This document shows, piece by piece, positions 44,698 to 58,527 of a stretch of DNA of 64,000 nt (position 1 is its first letter; the number at the start of each line of letters is the position of its first letter). Origin of the DNA: the human T2T-CHM13v2.0 reference genome, Homo sapiens. The notes under the pieces are model-generated. The model saw only the letters and a program-made list of their open reading frames with translations. It was not told where the DNA came from and searched no databases. The stretch lies in NCBI RefSeq assembly GCF_009914755.1, contig NC_060928.1. One strand, given 5' to 3'. The translations under genes were made by a program, and so were the position numbers.

Positions 44698-47000
44698 AAT
44701 GTCATTGGTATTTTCACAGAGATTGCATTGAATCTGTAGATTGCTTTGGGTAGTATGGACATTTTAACAATATTGATTCTTCTAATTCATGAACATGGAA
44801 CATTTTTCCATTTTTTGATGTTTGCTTCAATTTCTTTCATCAGTATTTTATGGTTTTCATCATAGAGATCTTTCACTTCTTTGGTTAAGTTAATTCCTAG
44901 GTATTTAATTTGATGTGTGGCTACTCTAAATGAGATTACTTTTTAAATTTCTTTTTGAAATCATTCACTGTTGGCATATAGATATGCTATGAATTTTTGT
45001 ATGTTGATTTTGTATCCTGGAATTTTACTAAATTTATCAGTTTGAGTAGTTTTCCTGTAGAGTATTTTAGGTTTTCTCCAAATATAAGACTATGTCATCT
45101 GCAAACAAGGATAATTTGACTTTTTCCTTTCCAATTTGGATGCACTTTATTGCCTTCTTTTGTCTGATTGCTCTGTCTAGGACTTCCAGTACTATGTTAA
45201 ATAACAGTGGTGGCAGTAGGCATCCGTGTCAAGATCCACATCTTAGAGGAAAGGCTTTTAGTTTTTCCCCAATCAGGATGACACTAGCTTTGGGTCTGTC
45301 ATATGTGGCTTTTATTATATTGAGGTATGTTCCTTCTATCCTCCGTTTTTTGAGTTTTTATCATGAAGGGATGTCGAATTTTATCAAATGATTTTTTAAC
45401 ATCAATTGAAATGATTATATCATTCTTATCCTTCATTCTGTTAATATTATGTATTACAATGATTGAATTACATATGCTGAGCTATCCCTCCATCCCACAG
45501 ATAAATCCCATTTGATCATGATGAATAATCTTTCTAATATATTGGTGAATTCAGTTTGCTAGTATTTTGTTGAGGATTTCTGCATCTATATTCATCAGAG
45601 ATAGTGGCCTTAGGTTTTTTTTTTTAATATGCCTTTGTCTGATTTTGGTATGAGGGTAATACTGACCTTATAGAATGAGTTTGGAAGTATTCTCTCATCT
45701 ATTTTTTTGAATAGTCTGAGTAAGATTGGTATTCTTATTCCAATAAGAATAAGAATTGGAATTTCTCATTCTTATAAGAAAGAATATAAATATTTGGTAG
45801 AATTATTTAAATTCTTTAAATATTTGGTAGAATTCAGAAGTGAAGCCATCAGATCCTGGGCTCTTCTTTAATGGGAGGCTTTTTATTACAGCTTTGATCT
45901 TGTTACTTGTTATAGGTCTGCTTAGGTATTGGATTTCTTCCTGGTTCACTTTTGGTAGGCTGTATGTGTCTAGGAATTTGCCTATTTCTTCTAGATTTTT
46001 CAATTTATCACATGCTTCTTTGAATTTCTGCATTATCAGTTGTAAAGTCTCCTTTTTCATTTCTAATTTTATTTATTTGGACATTCTCTTTTTTTCTTAA
46101 TGTGACTTAAGGTTTTTCCATTTTCTTTAATTTTTTAAAAAAACAACTTTTTGTTGCATTAATCTTTTGTATTTGTTTAATTTCAATTTCATTTATGCTC
46201 TGATCTTTATTATTTCTTTTCTTCTACTAATTTTGGGTTTGGTTTACTCTTGCTTTTCTAGTTGTTTAAAATGCACCATTAAATTGTTCATTTGAAGTTT
46301 TTCCTGTATTTCAATGTTGGCACTTACAGCTATAAATTTCCCCCTTAGTACTGCTTTTGCTAAATCCCATAGGTTTTGTATGTTGTGTTTCCATTATCAT
46401 TTGTTTCAAAAATGTTTTCAATTTCCTTCTTAATTTCTTTATTGACCCATTGGTCATTCAGGAACACATTGCTGAACTTCCATGTATTTGTATAGTTTCA
46501 AAAATTCCCTTGTTATTAATTTCTAGTTTTATTCTATTGTAGTCAAAGAAGATACTTGATATTATTTCAATTTTTTAAAATGTTTTAAGACTGGTTTTGT
46601 GACCTAACAAATGGTCTGTCCTTGAGAATGATCCATGTGCTGAGGAAAAGAATGTGTATTCTGCCACTTTCGGATGAAATGTTTTGTAATTATATATTAG
46701 ATCCATTTGGTCCATTATGCAGATTAAGTCTGATGTTTCTTTGTTGACTTTTTTGTCTGGAAGATTTGTCCAATGCTGAAAGTGGGGTATTGAAGTCTCC
46801 AGCTATTATTGTATTGGGGTCTATCTCTCTTTAGCTCTAATAATATTTGCTTTATATATCTTGGTGCTCCAGAGTTGAGTGCATATATGTTTAAAATTGT
46901 TATACCCTCATGTTGAATTGACCTCTTTATCTTTATATAGTGACCTTCTTTGTCTCTTCTTATAGTTTTTGTGTGTTGAAATCTATTTTGTCTGATGTAA

Positions 47001-47180
<180 letters not shown>

Positions 47181-47581
47181 TAAAAAAAATTTCCATTAGC
47201 ATGGAATCTTTTCCATCCTTTTATTTTTAATCCAGGTATGTTTCTTGTAGGCAACAGATCAACGGGTCTTGTTTTTTCATTCATTCAGCCAGACTATGTC
47301 TTTTCACTGGAGAGTTTAGTCCCTATACATTCAATTTTATTATTGATAAGTAAGGACTTACTCCTTCCATTTTGTTATTTGTTTTCTAGTTGTTTCATGG
47401 CCTTCTCTTTCTTCTTCTTTTCCTTCCTATCTTTCTTTAGTGAAGGTGATTTTCTCTAGTGATATAATTTAGTTTATTGCTTTTTATTTTTTGTGTGTCC
47501 ACTATATGTTTTTTGTATATCCATGTGCATATCTTTTTATTTTTTATATATCCATTGTATGGTTTGAGGTTACCATGAGGC

Positions 47582-47762
47582 AACTAAAAATACAAAAATT
47601 AGCCAGGCATGGTGGTGGGCACCTGTGATCCCAGCTACTTGGGAGGCTGACACAGGGAATTGCTTGAACCAGGGAGGTGGAGGTTGCAGTGAGCCAAGAT
47701 CATGCCACTGCACTCCAGCCTGGGTGTCAAAGTGAGACTCCATCTCAAAAAAAAAAAAAAAA
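47582..47762 (+). mobile_element. AluS linker plus right arm; left arm missing
   Basis: Begins at ACTAAAAATACAAAAATTAGCC, has an A17 tail, and no left TSD is visible. Confidence 0.9.
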
Positions 47763-49663
47763 GGCTCTAATGCAGTCTTCAGTATGCCAGTTGCAATTTT
47801 CAGCTCCAGAATTTCTGCTTAATTCCTTTTAATTATGTCAATGTCTTTGTTAAATTTATCTGGATACAATTCTGTATTCCTTCTCTGTGTTATCTTGAAT
47901 CTCTTTGAGTTTCCCCAGCACAGCTCTTTTGAATTCTTTGTCTGAACAGTTACATATTTCTGTTTTTCCAGGATTGGTCCTTGGTACTGTATTTAGTTCC
48001 TTTGGCAATGTCATATTTTCCTAGATGGTGTTGGTGCTAGTGATGTTTTTTGGTGTTCAGGCATTGATCAGTTAGGTATTTATTGAAGTCTTTACTGTCT
48101 GAGCTTTTTGGGAATGCTTTCCAGATATTCGAAAGGACTTGGGTGTTGTGATCTAAACTGTATCTGCTCTAGGTGGCACCCTAAGTCCAGTAATGCTGTA
48201 GTTCTTGCAGACTCACAGAGTTACTGCCTTGATGGTTTTGGACAAGATTTGGGAGAATTCTCTAGATTACCAGATAGAGACTCTTGTTCTCTTCCCTTAC
48301 TTTCTCCCTAATATACAGAGTCTCTGACTCTGTTCTGAGCCACCTAAAGCTGGGGGTAGAGTGACAAAAGCACCCCTGTAACCACCACTACAATGACCTA
48401 AAACCAGCACTGCACTGAGTCTTGCCCAAGGCCTGCTGTAACCACTCCCTGATTATTACCTATGTTCACTCAAGGCCCTGGGGCTCTGCAATCATCAGAT
48501 GGCAAAGCCAGCAGCCTGTGTCCTTCCTTTCAGGGTGTTGAGGTCCTCCAAGCCCCAGCTGTGTCCAGAAGTGCTGTCCAGGATCAGGGACTAGAGTGAA
48601 AAACCTTAGAAATCTGCCTGGTGTTCTATTGTATTGTGGCTGAGCTGACACACAAACCACAAGAAAGAGTCCTCCCCAGTCTTCCCTCCCCTAGGTGGAG
48701 GAGCCTTACCCCTAGCCACCACCAACACAGGCCACAAGGAGTACTGCCAGACTATGGCAGATGTTCCCTGAAGGTTCAAGATCTCTTATGTCAGCTTGTT
48801 ATGAATACTGCCTGGCCTAGGACTCACTCTTCAGGGCAGTGGACTTCCTTCTGGCCCAAGGCAGGTCCAGAAATGCCATTCAAGAGCCAACTCTTGGAAC
48901 TAGGGACCCCAAGAGCTTGGTTGGTGCTTTATCCCACTGTGTCTGTGTTGGTACCTAAGGTGCAAGACAAAGTTTTCTTTACTTTTCCCCCCTGCTTTTC
49001 TCAAGCAAGAGTTTTACCCCATAGCCACCATAGCTAGTAATGTGCTGAATCTCACCTGAAACCTAGCAAATCTCAGAGGCTCACCTAAGGCCCTTGATGT
49101 AGTACCTGTGTATTGCTGCTTGTTATTCTGGGATCAAGGGCTCTTCAGTTAGCAGATGATGGATGCTGGAAGAACTGGGTCTTTTCAAGGCAGTGGGTTC
49201 CCAAGCCATGCCTACAAACGCCATCTGGGAGCTAGGGCCTGGAACAAGGGGCTCAGGAATCTGACCGGTGCCCTATCCTGCTGTGGCTGAGTTAATATCC
49301 AAGATGCAAGACAAACTTCTGCCCACTCTTCTTTCTCCTCTCCTCAAGTGGAAGGAAGGGGTCTGTTTTAGAATCATGAGCTGTGCAGTCTGGGCTAAGG
49401 GAAGGGTGATGCCAGGACTCCCTTGGCTGCCCTAGCCCTAGTGTCTCAGTATGTTGCATGCTCCCTCAGTCCACTGTCTCTGGGTCTAGTTCAGTGCTGA
49501 GACTTGCCTAAGAGTTGCAGTCCTTATGGCCTAGGCTGCTTTTCAAGCTTACTTGGAGACACAGAGTGCTGTAGCCTTTGATGATGAGGTTTGCAGGACT
49601 CAAGTTCAGACCACTTGGATCCAAGATTCCCTTCTGTCTATGGTTGGTTTAAAAGCTCCCTCC

Positions 49664-50052
<389 letters not shown>

Positions 50053-51009
50053 TCATCGTTGCTGTGATCTCCCTCCCCCAGCACCCACAGATGCTCTTGG
50101 CACTCGGCTGCCACTACCAAAGGTTGGAGAGGGGTGGCAATGGGGTTTCAGAACTGTCTTTTCTATCATCTCTTCAGTGCCTCTTTCAGCGATATGAAGT
50201 TAAAACCAGGTACTGCGAGTGCACACCTGATTTCTTTTTCTTTTAAAGGTGTTTTTGTTTTGTTTTGTTTTGTTTTTTTTCCTGTGTAGGTAGCTGTTAA
50301 TTTGGTATCCTTGCGGGAGAGACGATCATTGGAGCTTTCTATTCCACCATCTTCCTCTGCCACCTCAAAACCCGTGTTTTTTATCAATTGGAAATCTGAA
50401 TATCTTTTGCTATCATTTATTTTAAAATTCTAGTAAAGTTACTGATGTTTTCCGGCTCTCTCTATAAAAGCAGAACATAACTAGGGAGACTATTTCTCTA
50501 TTAGTTGAAGACCCTATATTACATTTCTTAAGCCTTTGCCTATATATATTTTAGCCAATTCCATCAGGGCATCTGGAATTCAAATTTAGAGGAAAAACAT
50601 TAATGACCCTCTTTTTATTTTCAGAAAGACCAAAGGCATGGTGTGCAACGAAACAGGAAAATGTTTTAATTTGTTGGAACAAATGGTAAAAATCAAGCAT
50701 AAACTAGGTATACAATTTATGGTTATTTTTGATGTGTGTAATATAGGGACAAATATAGCCTATATTTGACTTTTTCAAATTCAAAATATAGGCTATAATT
50801 TCAAAGAAAGGAAAAAAAGGACTTCTAGCTAAAAAGTTTATTTAACCAATACTCATGCCAAAAATTATTTCAAAGAATTTTTGAGCCAAAAACATTTGAA
50901 ATTTGCTTCATCATAAATATAGTTTAATTCTAATAAAGAGAAAAAATGTGTTAGAGGTATATAGAGATTGTATAAGATTGTGGGCTAAGAGTGGGAACTA
51001 CCATACAAT

Positions 51010-51140
51010 GACACATAGGTACATATACAGACACACACACACACATACACACATGTATGGACATATATGTATAAATGGTATAGCTATAGATATATACATA
51101 TATGTACCATGTGTATGTAAATGTATGTATATATATTATT
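51010..51140. repeat. Compound (CA)n/(TA)n/(TATG)n simple repeat
   Basis: Directly visible. Confidence 0.85.
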
Positions 51141-52161
51141 TCTTTTTAATAATGTTGCAAAAATTTTATCCTTTATGTTTATTAAGTGTTTAACATAGTA
51201 AATAACCTAATGCTTTTTTACTTTATGGACAACAATATATTTTCACAGTGTGATAACACTTACCAAGTCTATCATGTTATATGTTATTCAAATCATGGCC
51301 GTAGAAAATATCCACTTATTAATACATCTGGAACTTCTGTACTCATAATAGTGAATGATACTTTTATATTCTGTAATATTTCTAAATAGAGCATAAACAC
51401 CTTTTAATATATTCTTGACACTAGAAACTTTTCCACTATGTATAATTTGATAAAACCACAATTTGTTGTTTATTGGGACCCACAGAATGAGTTCCAAATA
51501 TGTAATAGATAAGTTATATCTTTACTAACAATCAGATGTATACAAAATGTATGTTTCCATCTTCTTTTAAGAAGAAATTATGTTCTTTTAGTTGTAATCT
51601 TTTTAAACATGCAGACACATTATCTGATATTCATTTTGGCTTACAAACAAACTGTTCCGATCTTACCACTAAAAACCACCCACAAATCCCACAAGTGATT
51701 ACATATCTTATGAGAAAAAAAAATACATTGCAATTCCTGCTAATATTACGTAGAAGAAAACTGTGAACCTTAACTTTGCATTATTAAGATATTACAATGC
51801 TTTTTAATTAATGTTTGCTGTTAAAAACAGGTTATACTGAAAATTAATTTTAAAAATTCAAATAGAGTCTATCAAAAATCTTTTGAATATACAACCATTC
51901 TATTCATCTATTACATGTTTGGGAAACAGTATTATTTATGGGTATGTGTATGTATACAAAAACAAACACAAATGTGTGCACACACATATATCCATTCCAA
52001 TATATATCTTTTATAAAACAAGGTGAGATATAAATAAATACATAAATACATAAAAATCATCTGAATTAGCACATATACTCAGTACAGATACCACCTAATT
52101 TTTTAGTGGTATGTACGACCATGTATTTGACGATCCATTGTAGTGTGCGAAAGAGGAGAAC

Positions 52162-52253
52162 AATATGCTTTTTATATGACATAGAACAGGGAAATGATTG
52201 AGGTGAAAATATGTTTTTTATATGATATAGAACAGGGAAACGATTGAGGTGAG
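52162..52253. repeat. 46-bp tandem duplication (2 copies)
   Basis: AATATG(C/T)TTTTTATATGA(C/T)ATAGAACAGGGAAA(T/C)GATTGAGGTGA(A/G) repeated twice. Confidence 0.95.
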
Positions 52254-52999
52254 AGTGGAACAAGTAGAGAACACAAAAGAAAGATGGATTGTTTCCTGTG
52301 CAAGTGTTTCAGGTAAGGAGCAAATTGATGTGTTTAGCCTGGTCCCGGACTGGCTTCCAGATTTGAAACTGTCAAAGAGAAAGTTCTTTGAACAGAATGG
52401 TCTCAATAAGCACTTGTGACTATGACTTATCTGCTGAGCTAGGCCACGTGTGCTTGGATGATTTCTTGTACTATTAAGAAAGAAAAAACTATGGTTAAGA
52501 TGGTAGCACTAAATTCAAACAGTTTCTGAAATAGATTGCTAATCTGGTAAATTGGCATAAGGGTTAGGAATGTTTGGCTTTCCTACCCAGGTACTTTAAC
52601 TTAATACAGTAGTTGGGACTGTAAATGTTCAATGTCTTTTATTATTACCTTATAAAATGAAATTAAACTTCTTTTGGTCATTGGGGACTTGGAAGCATTT
52701 CTTCAAATATTATGTCATTGAAGATACTCAAGTAGAAGTGAAGATCTATTTAAAACTACCCACTTTTTAAATTAACCTTCTTTTAATTTCTATACTAGAT
52801 TAACCAATGCTCTTCCATTCCTTTGTAAAGAACAATGACTGAGAGGTGCTGCACATATTCTGCTCCTGTGAGGTGAGCAATGTATCCCCAAATGCTTTTT
52901 TAAATCAAATATCCATAATTTAAATAAATCTTAACTAAACCAATAAAAATTAAATAATAAAATATTTGTTTCTATGAGAATCAAGTTGAATACCATTTA

Positions 53000-55277
53000 T
53001 TAAATAGGTATAATTGAACACATTTTTATCTATACTCTCTCCTAAACTCCTTGACAGTAAAGGATTAAAAGTTATAAGACCATAAAGATAAAGAAACAAG
53101 AAAGGAGATAATAGCAGATAAGTATTAACGTAGATACACATATGGTAACTAATTTACAATATTTAAATTCAAGACATCATAACAGAATACCAATAAGAAG
53201 CAACTCAACTTATATCGCAGAAATATGCAAAGTTTCAAGAATTTTAAATACCAGACAATTCTGGGAACAGAGGTGACCAGGTAGAGCTGAAAACAGAAGG
53301 ACTTGTTGGAAGTCTGTAAAAGGAAGGCTACAGATGTAGTTCCCTTTCTTTATCCATTCATTCAGGAAACTACCTTCTTCCCAAATAGGAAGAAGTATAG
53401 AGTTTCCAATATGGAGGTACTGAGCCAGACCACTTCTGTGCTCAGGGATGGTAAACACTGCTGTGGACAAACTGAAAGGAATGTTTAAATACACCCACAT
53501 TACAGTGGCACCCCAGGTCCCATGCCACTTCTGGGCTGACAGATGTTTGTTTACACACTCCAGAAAGGAAATGGGAATAGGACTTTGTACAGAAACCTGA
53601 AAAGACACACAGATGCAGACATTCAGGATGCTGCTAGAAAATGTGCAGATGCTCACCTGATCCCCCTACAGTGAAGTGCACGATTTCACATGCTTGTTCT
53701 TATTTACAATGCTGCCACATTTGTGTGTGTGTTTCGTTCTTAAATAGGACTTGCTAGGTAGAGATCACAAATATTTAAAGAAAATGTCTCTTGTAAAAGT
53801 AGGAGAACAAATAAATGAAAAAATTTAAAAGATTATTAGAGGAAACAGAGACAATTCAAAAATTCAAGAAGAGTTAAAAAAAAGAAAAATTCATCTTCTC
53901 CCTGAAGTCAGTAACTACAGAGAGCTGTGAGAAGATACACAATCTATAAAACTAGAATAGAATACTATTGAAAAAGTGACTATATTGGAACAACAAAAAT
54001 TCTTGAATTTAAGCAATCAAAATAACTGTTGGTAGAGAAACAGCACTGAGGAAACCTCAACGAAAAAAGAACAGAAAGACCAAAGTTTGGGCTATTGTAG
54101 AAAAAGGTATAGGAAATTAGAGGGTTAATCCACAAGTTTCTATATTTGACCAATAGAATTCTGGCAAAAATGAAATAGGGAGAACAGAAAAGAGAAAATG
54201 ACGAAAGAAAGAGCGTAAAATTCAGTGCCAGAATTAATAAAAGGCTTATATCAAGGCATACCTTCAGGGAATTTTAGAACTATCACCTAATGAGAAGATT
54301 CAAGAAGCTTCTAGAGAGAGAGGAGGAAAGAAGCCACGTACAAAGGTTTGAAAATAAGAATGTCATTAGGTTTCACAATTGCAATTCTGGAAGGTGAAAG
54401 ATCATGCCTTCAAAAATTTGAGTGCAGATGATTTCAATATTAGATTTTTTATCTAACCAAATTATAAATTTAGGTATGGAAAATACAAAAAAAGAGATAC
54501 AGTTTTAGACTTGCAGAATTTCAAAATGATTTGCCTTTCACATTTCTTTTCAAAAACAATTAATAGAAGATATATTTCATTAAACAAGGGAATAAATACA
54601 AAATAGGAGAGAAATGGAATACAAGAAAGAGGACATCTAGCATAAGGGAAGTATGAAGAAATTTCAGAGTCAATAGCTGTGTGTGAGCCTGCAGCATCAG
54701 GAGGATAGAGAGCTTCAGGAGACACAGCGCTAAGAAGACATCAGAACTCAGACAGATGTGTTTAACTGCAGTAAGAGGTGTTTTATAACTCAGTGGGAGA
54801 GATTGGAATAGATTACTGATGGATATATAGAAAACTAAGTCAAAACAAACAATAAAAACCTAGACTAAAGTAAACTCCAAGAAAAGCAAAAAGATATCTG
54901 AGAAAGGGAAAATAATTATTTCATATTCTAAAACTCTTCTATAAATGAATGAAAATCTGTGTGCAGGATATTCATTTAACCGAAAGGTGTCTATATTGGG
55001 TGAACTGGAAATCTGATGTGTATGTGTGATTGTGTGTAGAATTGAAAGGCTGGTGGTAGAAGAAACCTGAAGTGTAGCTTAATCATTCATATTAAAAAGT
55101 TTCATAGATAATATATATTTTTAAAGAGTGGTGAAAGTAGTTGCCTTTGTGAAGTGGGAATCAGGGATTGGAAGGGATAAAACATGTCAGCTGATTTTAC
55201 TCACAAGCAGATGATTCACATTCTTAAACTTCTTAAGCTATGCACATATGTGTTTTTGATAAAAATTTAAAAATTCA
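53000..55277 (+). mobile_element. HAL1 (half-L1; ORF1-only non-autonomous element), decayed but largely complete
   Basis: ORF1-like A-rich body 53800-54600 followed directly by a HAL1-type 3' region (AAATGGAATACAAGAAAGAGG..AGCTGTG..GCCT; AAAGTAGTTGCCT..; TTTGATAAAAATTTAAAA) with no ORF2. Confidence 0.65.
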
Positions 55278-56754
55278 AAGCAATATTCAAATTATCTGTC
55301 TAATCTACCTAGTCATAGTTTAATTGTGAACTCATCAAGGATATAGGACAGCTTCTCTGATTTGTAAAATTCCTGGTATGTGCACCAGTCATACATAGCA
55401 AAAGGAAGTTCACACATGATGTGTGTGCATGCACACACGTGTACACATGCCCCCAAACCAAGTTGAAAGCTTTGAATAAACTTAATACATGTAATCACAT
55501 TAAAAAATCACTATAGAATGAGATATTAGAAAAACAATTAAAAATTATAAGCAGGCATGTGAAGTCCCAGTTGGATTCTGCATTTGGGTTGCTTTGTAAG
55601 TATATTTGTGTTTATGCTCTAGTTCAAAGAATCAAAACTGGAAATGGTTATGTATTTATGATGGGTGTGGTTTATGCTGGACAAATGATATAAATCTCCA
55701 ATCAATGGACCTATTCAGAAAAAAGACACATGGACTAACATGAGGGGAAGCCATGTATAGCTGAGTGCTTTACATTAAAAGAACAAGTTTAAAGTTTGTA
55801 ATTTCTTTTTCAAAAAAGATTATTTTCCTCTGTCACAACCTTTCTGTGATTAACTGACCAACAACTGGCCTTGACTGAGTTGGATAAGAGGGTGTCTGCA
55901 GTAATCATAAAGAGCCAGGAGAGCTCTTGAGAGAGAAGCAACATGATAACAGCTCTTCTTACAAGTTTTGGAGAGCAGTTGTCCTGTCTTTCATCCCACT
56001 TTTCAGTACAGATTGGAAAAACAAAAGAAAACGCCTATTTCCAATTGCAAGTTCCTTCTTAATTTAGCATCTGAGGATAGGATAAGTCTGTCTTTCCTTC
56101 TCTTAGGGGAAGAATCTTCCTTCAAACAATCAGTCTGGCCAGGCACCTAGCACTTTTCTATCTCAGCTTCACTTGATAACAAGAATGTTGAATCCCTCTC
56201 CTAAATGCAGCTCAGCTCTATGTACAAAGGATGAGGACAGCTAAACACTCACCTACTTTGTTCTCTAAAGCAGCCTCTCCCCATTTTTTGAGGGAGATTT
56301 CCTATAACATTTGTTTTCCAGTCTAAATCACAAATTCTTCAAAGACAAGGACGTTGTTTAATATCATATCTTTTTTTATCTTTCTTTCCTATTTCTTTTT
56401 CTTCTGTCTTTTGCCAAATGTGCTACCTACTTACTAATTGCTTGATAAATTTTGGCAAAAAGAGGGAGGTGCTCATAACTTTGCCTTGAAATTGGCAATG
56501 AGATTGTGTTCTTCCAATTACTTTGAACTTTCTCTTTCTGAAGTTTCACTCTTGTAAGACTCACTGGAAACTATTGTCATAAAATTAGGAGAGTTTGGCA
56601 TAATTTGGAAATGTTTCAATAACTGAAAATGGCATTTGAGCAAAGAACCAAGAAGTGAAGCACAGGACTGTTGCTGTTCATGTAAGGTAGATGTTTTCTC
56701 CTAAAATTTTAATGTTCTGTTCTTTGCAGACATTTGTAGTACATATACATTATA

Positions 56755-57618
56755 ATAAAATATTTTTAATTTCTCTCTCCTGTTCTTTATAATATTACTG
56801 TATAATATTACTGTTAATTCATTTCACTTTACCATGCACTGTAGTAATCACAGTGGGTAGTAATCACCCACTACCTTGGTGATATATTGCTACTTTAAAT
56901 TAACATATTATTATATTACTACATTAAACCATTATCTTTTAATTCAATTTAGGAATAAGAAAAATAAAATGTTTTATTTTGCTTTCATTTATTCATTCTC
57001 TAATGCTTTTCTGTATGTACACCCATTTATGACTTATATCTTTGCTTTTATACATGAAGAGATTTTTAACATTTTTTTTTGCAAGGCTGGTCTGCTGGTA
57101 ATACATTTCTTTGGTTCTTATTTGTGTGAGAAATTCTTTATTTCTCATTTACTTTTGAAAATGCGTTGGATATAGAATTCAAGATTGGTGGTGTTTATCT
57201 TTCAGTACTTTAAATATTTAATTCCACTATCTTCTTTCTTCCATGGTTTTAAATGAGAAGTTCCCTGTTATTTTTGTCTCTCTATATGTAAGGTATCTTC
57301 TTTTCCTCCTCCTGCTTATTTCAAGATGTGCTCTTTGTCTTTGGTTTTCTGCACTTTTAATGTGATATGCCTAGGTGCAGTTTTTTTGGTATTTTTTTCT
57401 ATTTGATGTTATCTGAGTATGTATATTACATCTTTGAAATAGTCTCAATTAGATATTCTGTCTTCTTTTCTTTTCCATCCTTTCTTTTTTCCCCTTGCAT
57501 TTCAGTTTGGGAAGTTTCTACTGCTCTTTCTTGAAGATTACTTGTCCTGTCTACTGATAAACCCATCAAAGGTGTTATTCATTTCTGTTTCATGCTTTCT
57601 ATTTCTAGCATTTTCTTT
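56755..57618 (-). mobile_element. L1MC/L1MD-type ORF1 and inter-ORF fragment
   Basis: 56930-57250 is the reverse-complement homologue of 1530-1860 in this window (e.g. GAATAAGAAAAATAAAATGTTTTATTTT). Confidence 0.75.
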
Positions 57619-58527
57619 TTTAGCTAAAACTTATAAAACATACAATTAATCATTTTAAAATGTACAATTTAGTAACATTAAATATATTTATAATGTGCAA
57701 CCACTACCTCTCTCTAGTTTCAAAACATTTTCATCACCACGGGAAAATGCTCCATAGCCATTAAATAATCACTCCTCGTTTCACCTTACCCTCATTCCCT
57801 GATAACCACTAACTTTTTTGCTCTCTTTATAGATTTGCCTATGCTAGATATAGTATATAAAAGTGATGATGGAATATGTAATTATTAACTTACTGCTTCT
57901 TTCACTTAGTATAATATTTTTTGAGGTTCATCCAATTTATAGCATGTATCTGTACTTCATTCCTTTTATGGCTGAATGATAATCCACTGTATGCATATAA
58001 CACAATTTGTTTATCCATTCATCTTTTGATGGACATTTTGGTTGTTTCTGCCTTTTGGCTATTATGAATAATACTGCTGTAAACATTCATTTACAAATTT
58101 CTGTGTGGACATATGTTTACATTTCTCTTCAGTATATACCTAAGAATGAAATTGCTGGATCATATGGTAATTCTATGTCTAAATTTTTGAGGTACTACCA
58201 AACTGTTTCAACAGTGGCTGCATCATTTTATATTCCTACCAACAATATACACGTGTTATTTCTCTACATTCTTGTCAATACTTGCTATTTTCCACTTTCT
58301 AAAATTAAAGCCATCCTAATGAATGTGAAATGACAGTTCACTGTGGTTTTAATTTGCATTTCTTTAATAGCCAATGATGTTGAACATCTTTTCATGTGCT
58401 TTTTGGCCATTTGTACTTTTTTTTTCAAGAAATGCTAATTCAAATCCTTTTTCCATTTCTAAATTGTGTTGTTGGTCTTATTGTTGTTTGGTAGCAAGAG
58501 TTCTTTATATATTCTGGTATTAAATTC
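57619..58527 (-). mobile_element. L1MB-type 3' fragment, truncated by the L1PA3 insertion
   Basis: TGTGCAACCACTACCTCT.TCTAGTTTCAAAACATTTTCATCACC..TTGCTGGATCATATGGTAATTCTATG. Confidence 0.85.

Noticed and set aside
48621-49037. 138-aa + strand ORF
   Set aside because: Antisense to the GC-richer L1MA 5'UTR, where stops are naturally rare.
53210-53656. 148-aa minus-strand ORF
   Set aside because: Antisense to the putative HAL1 5' region, with no recognisable motif.
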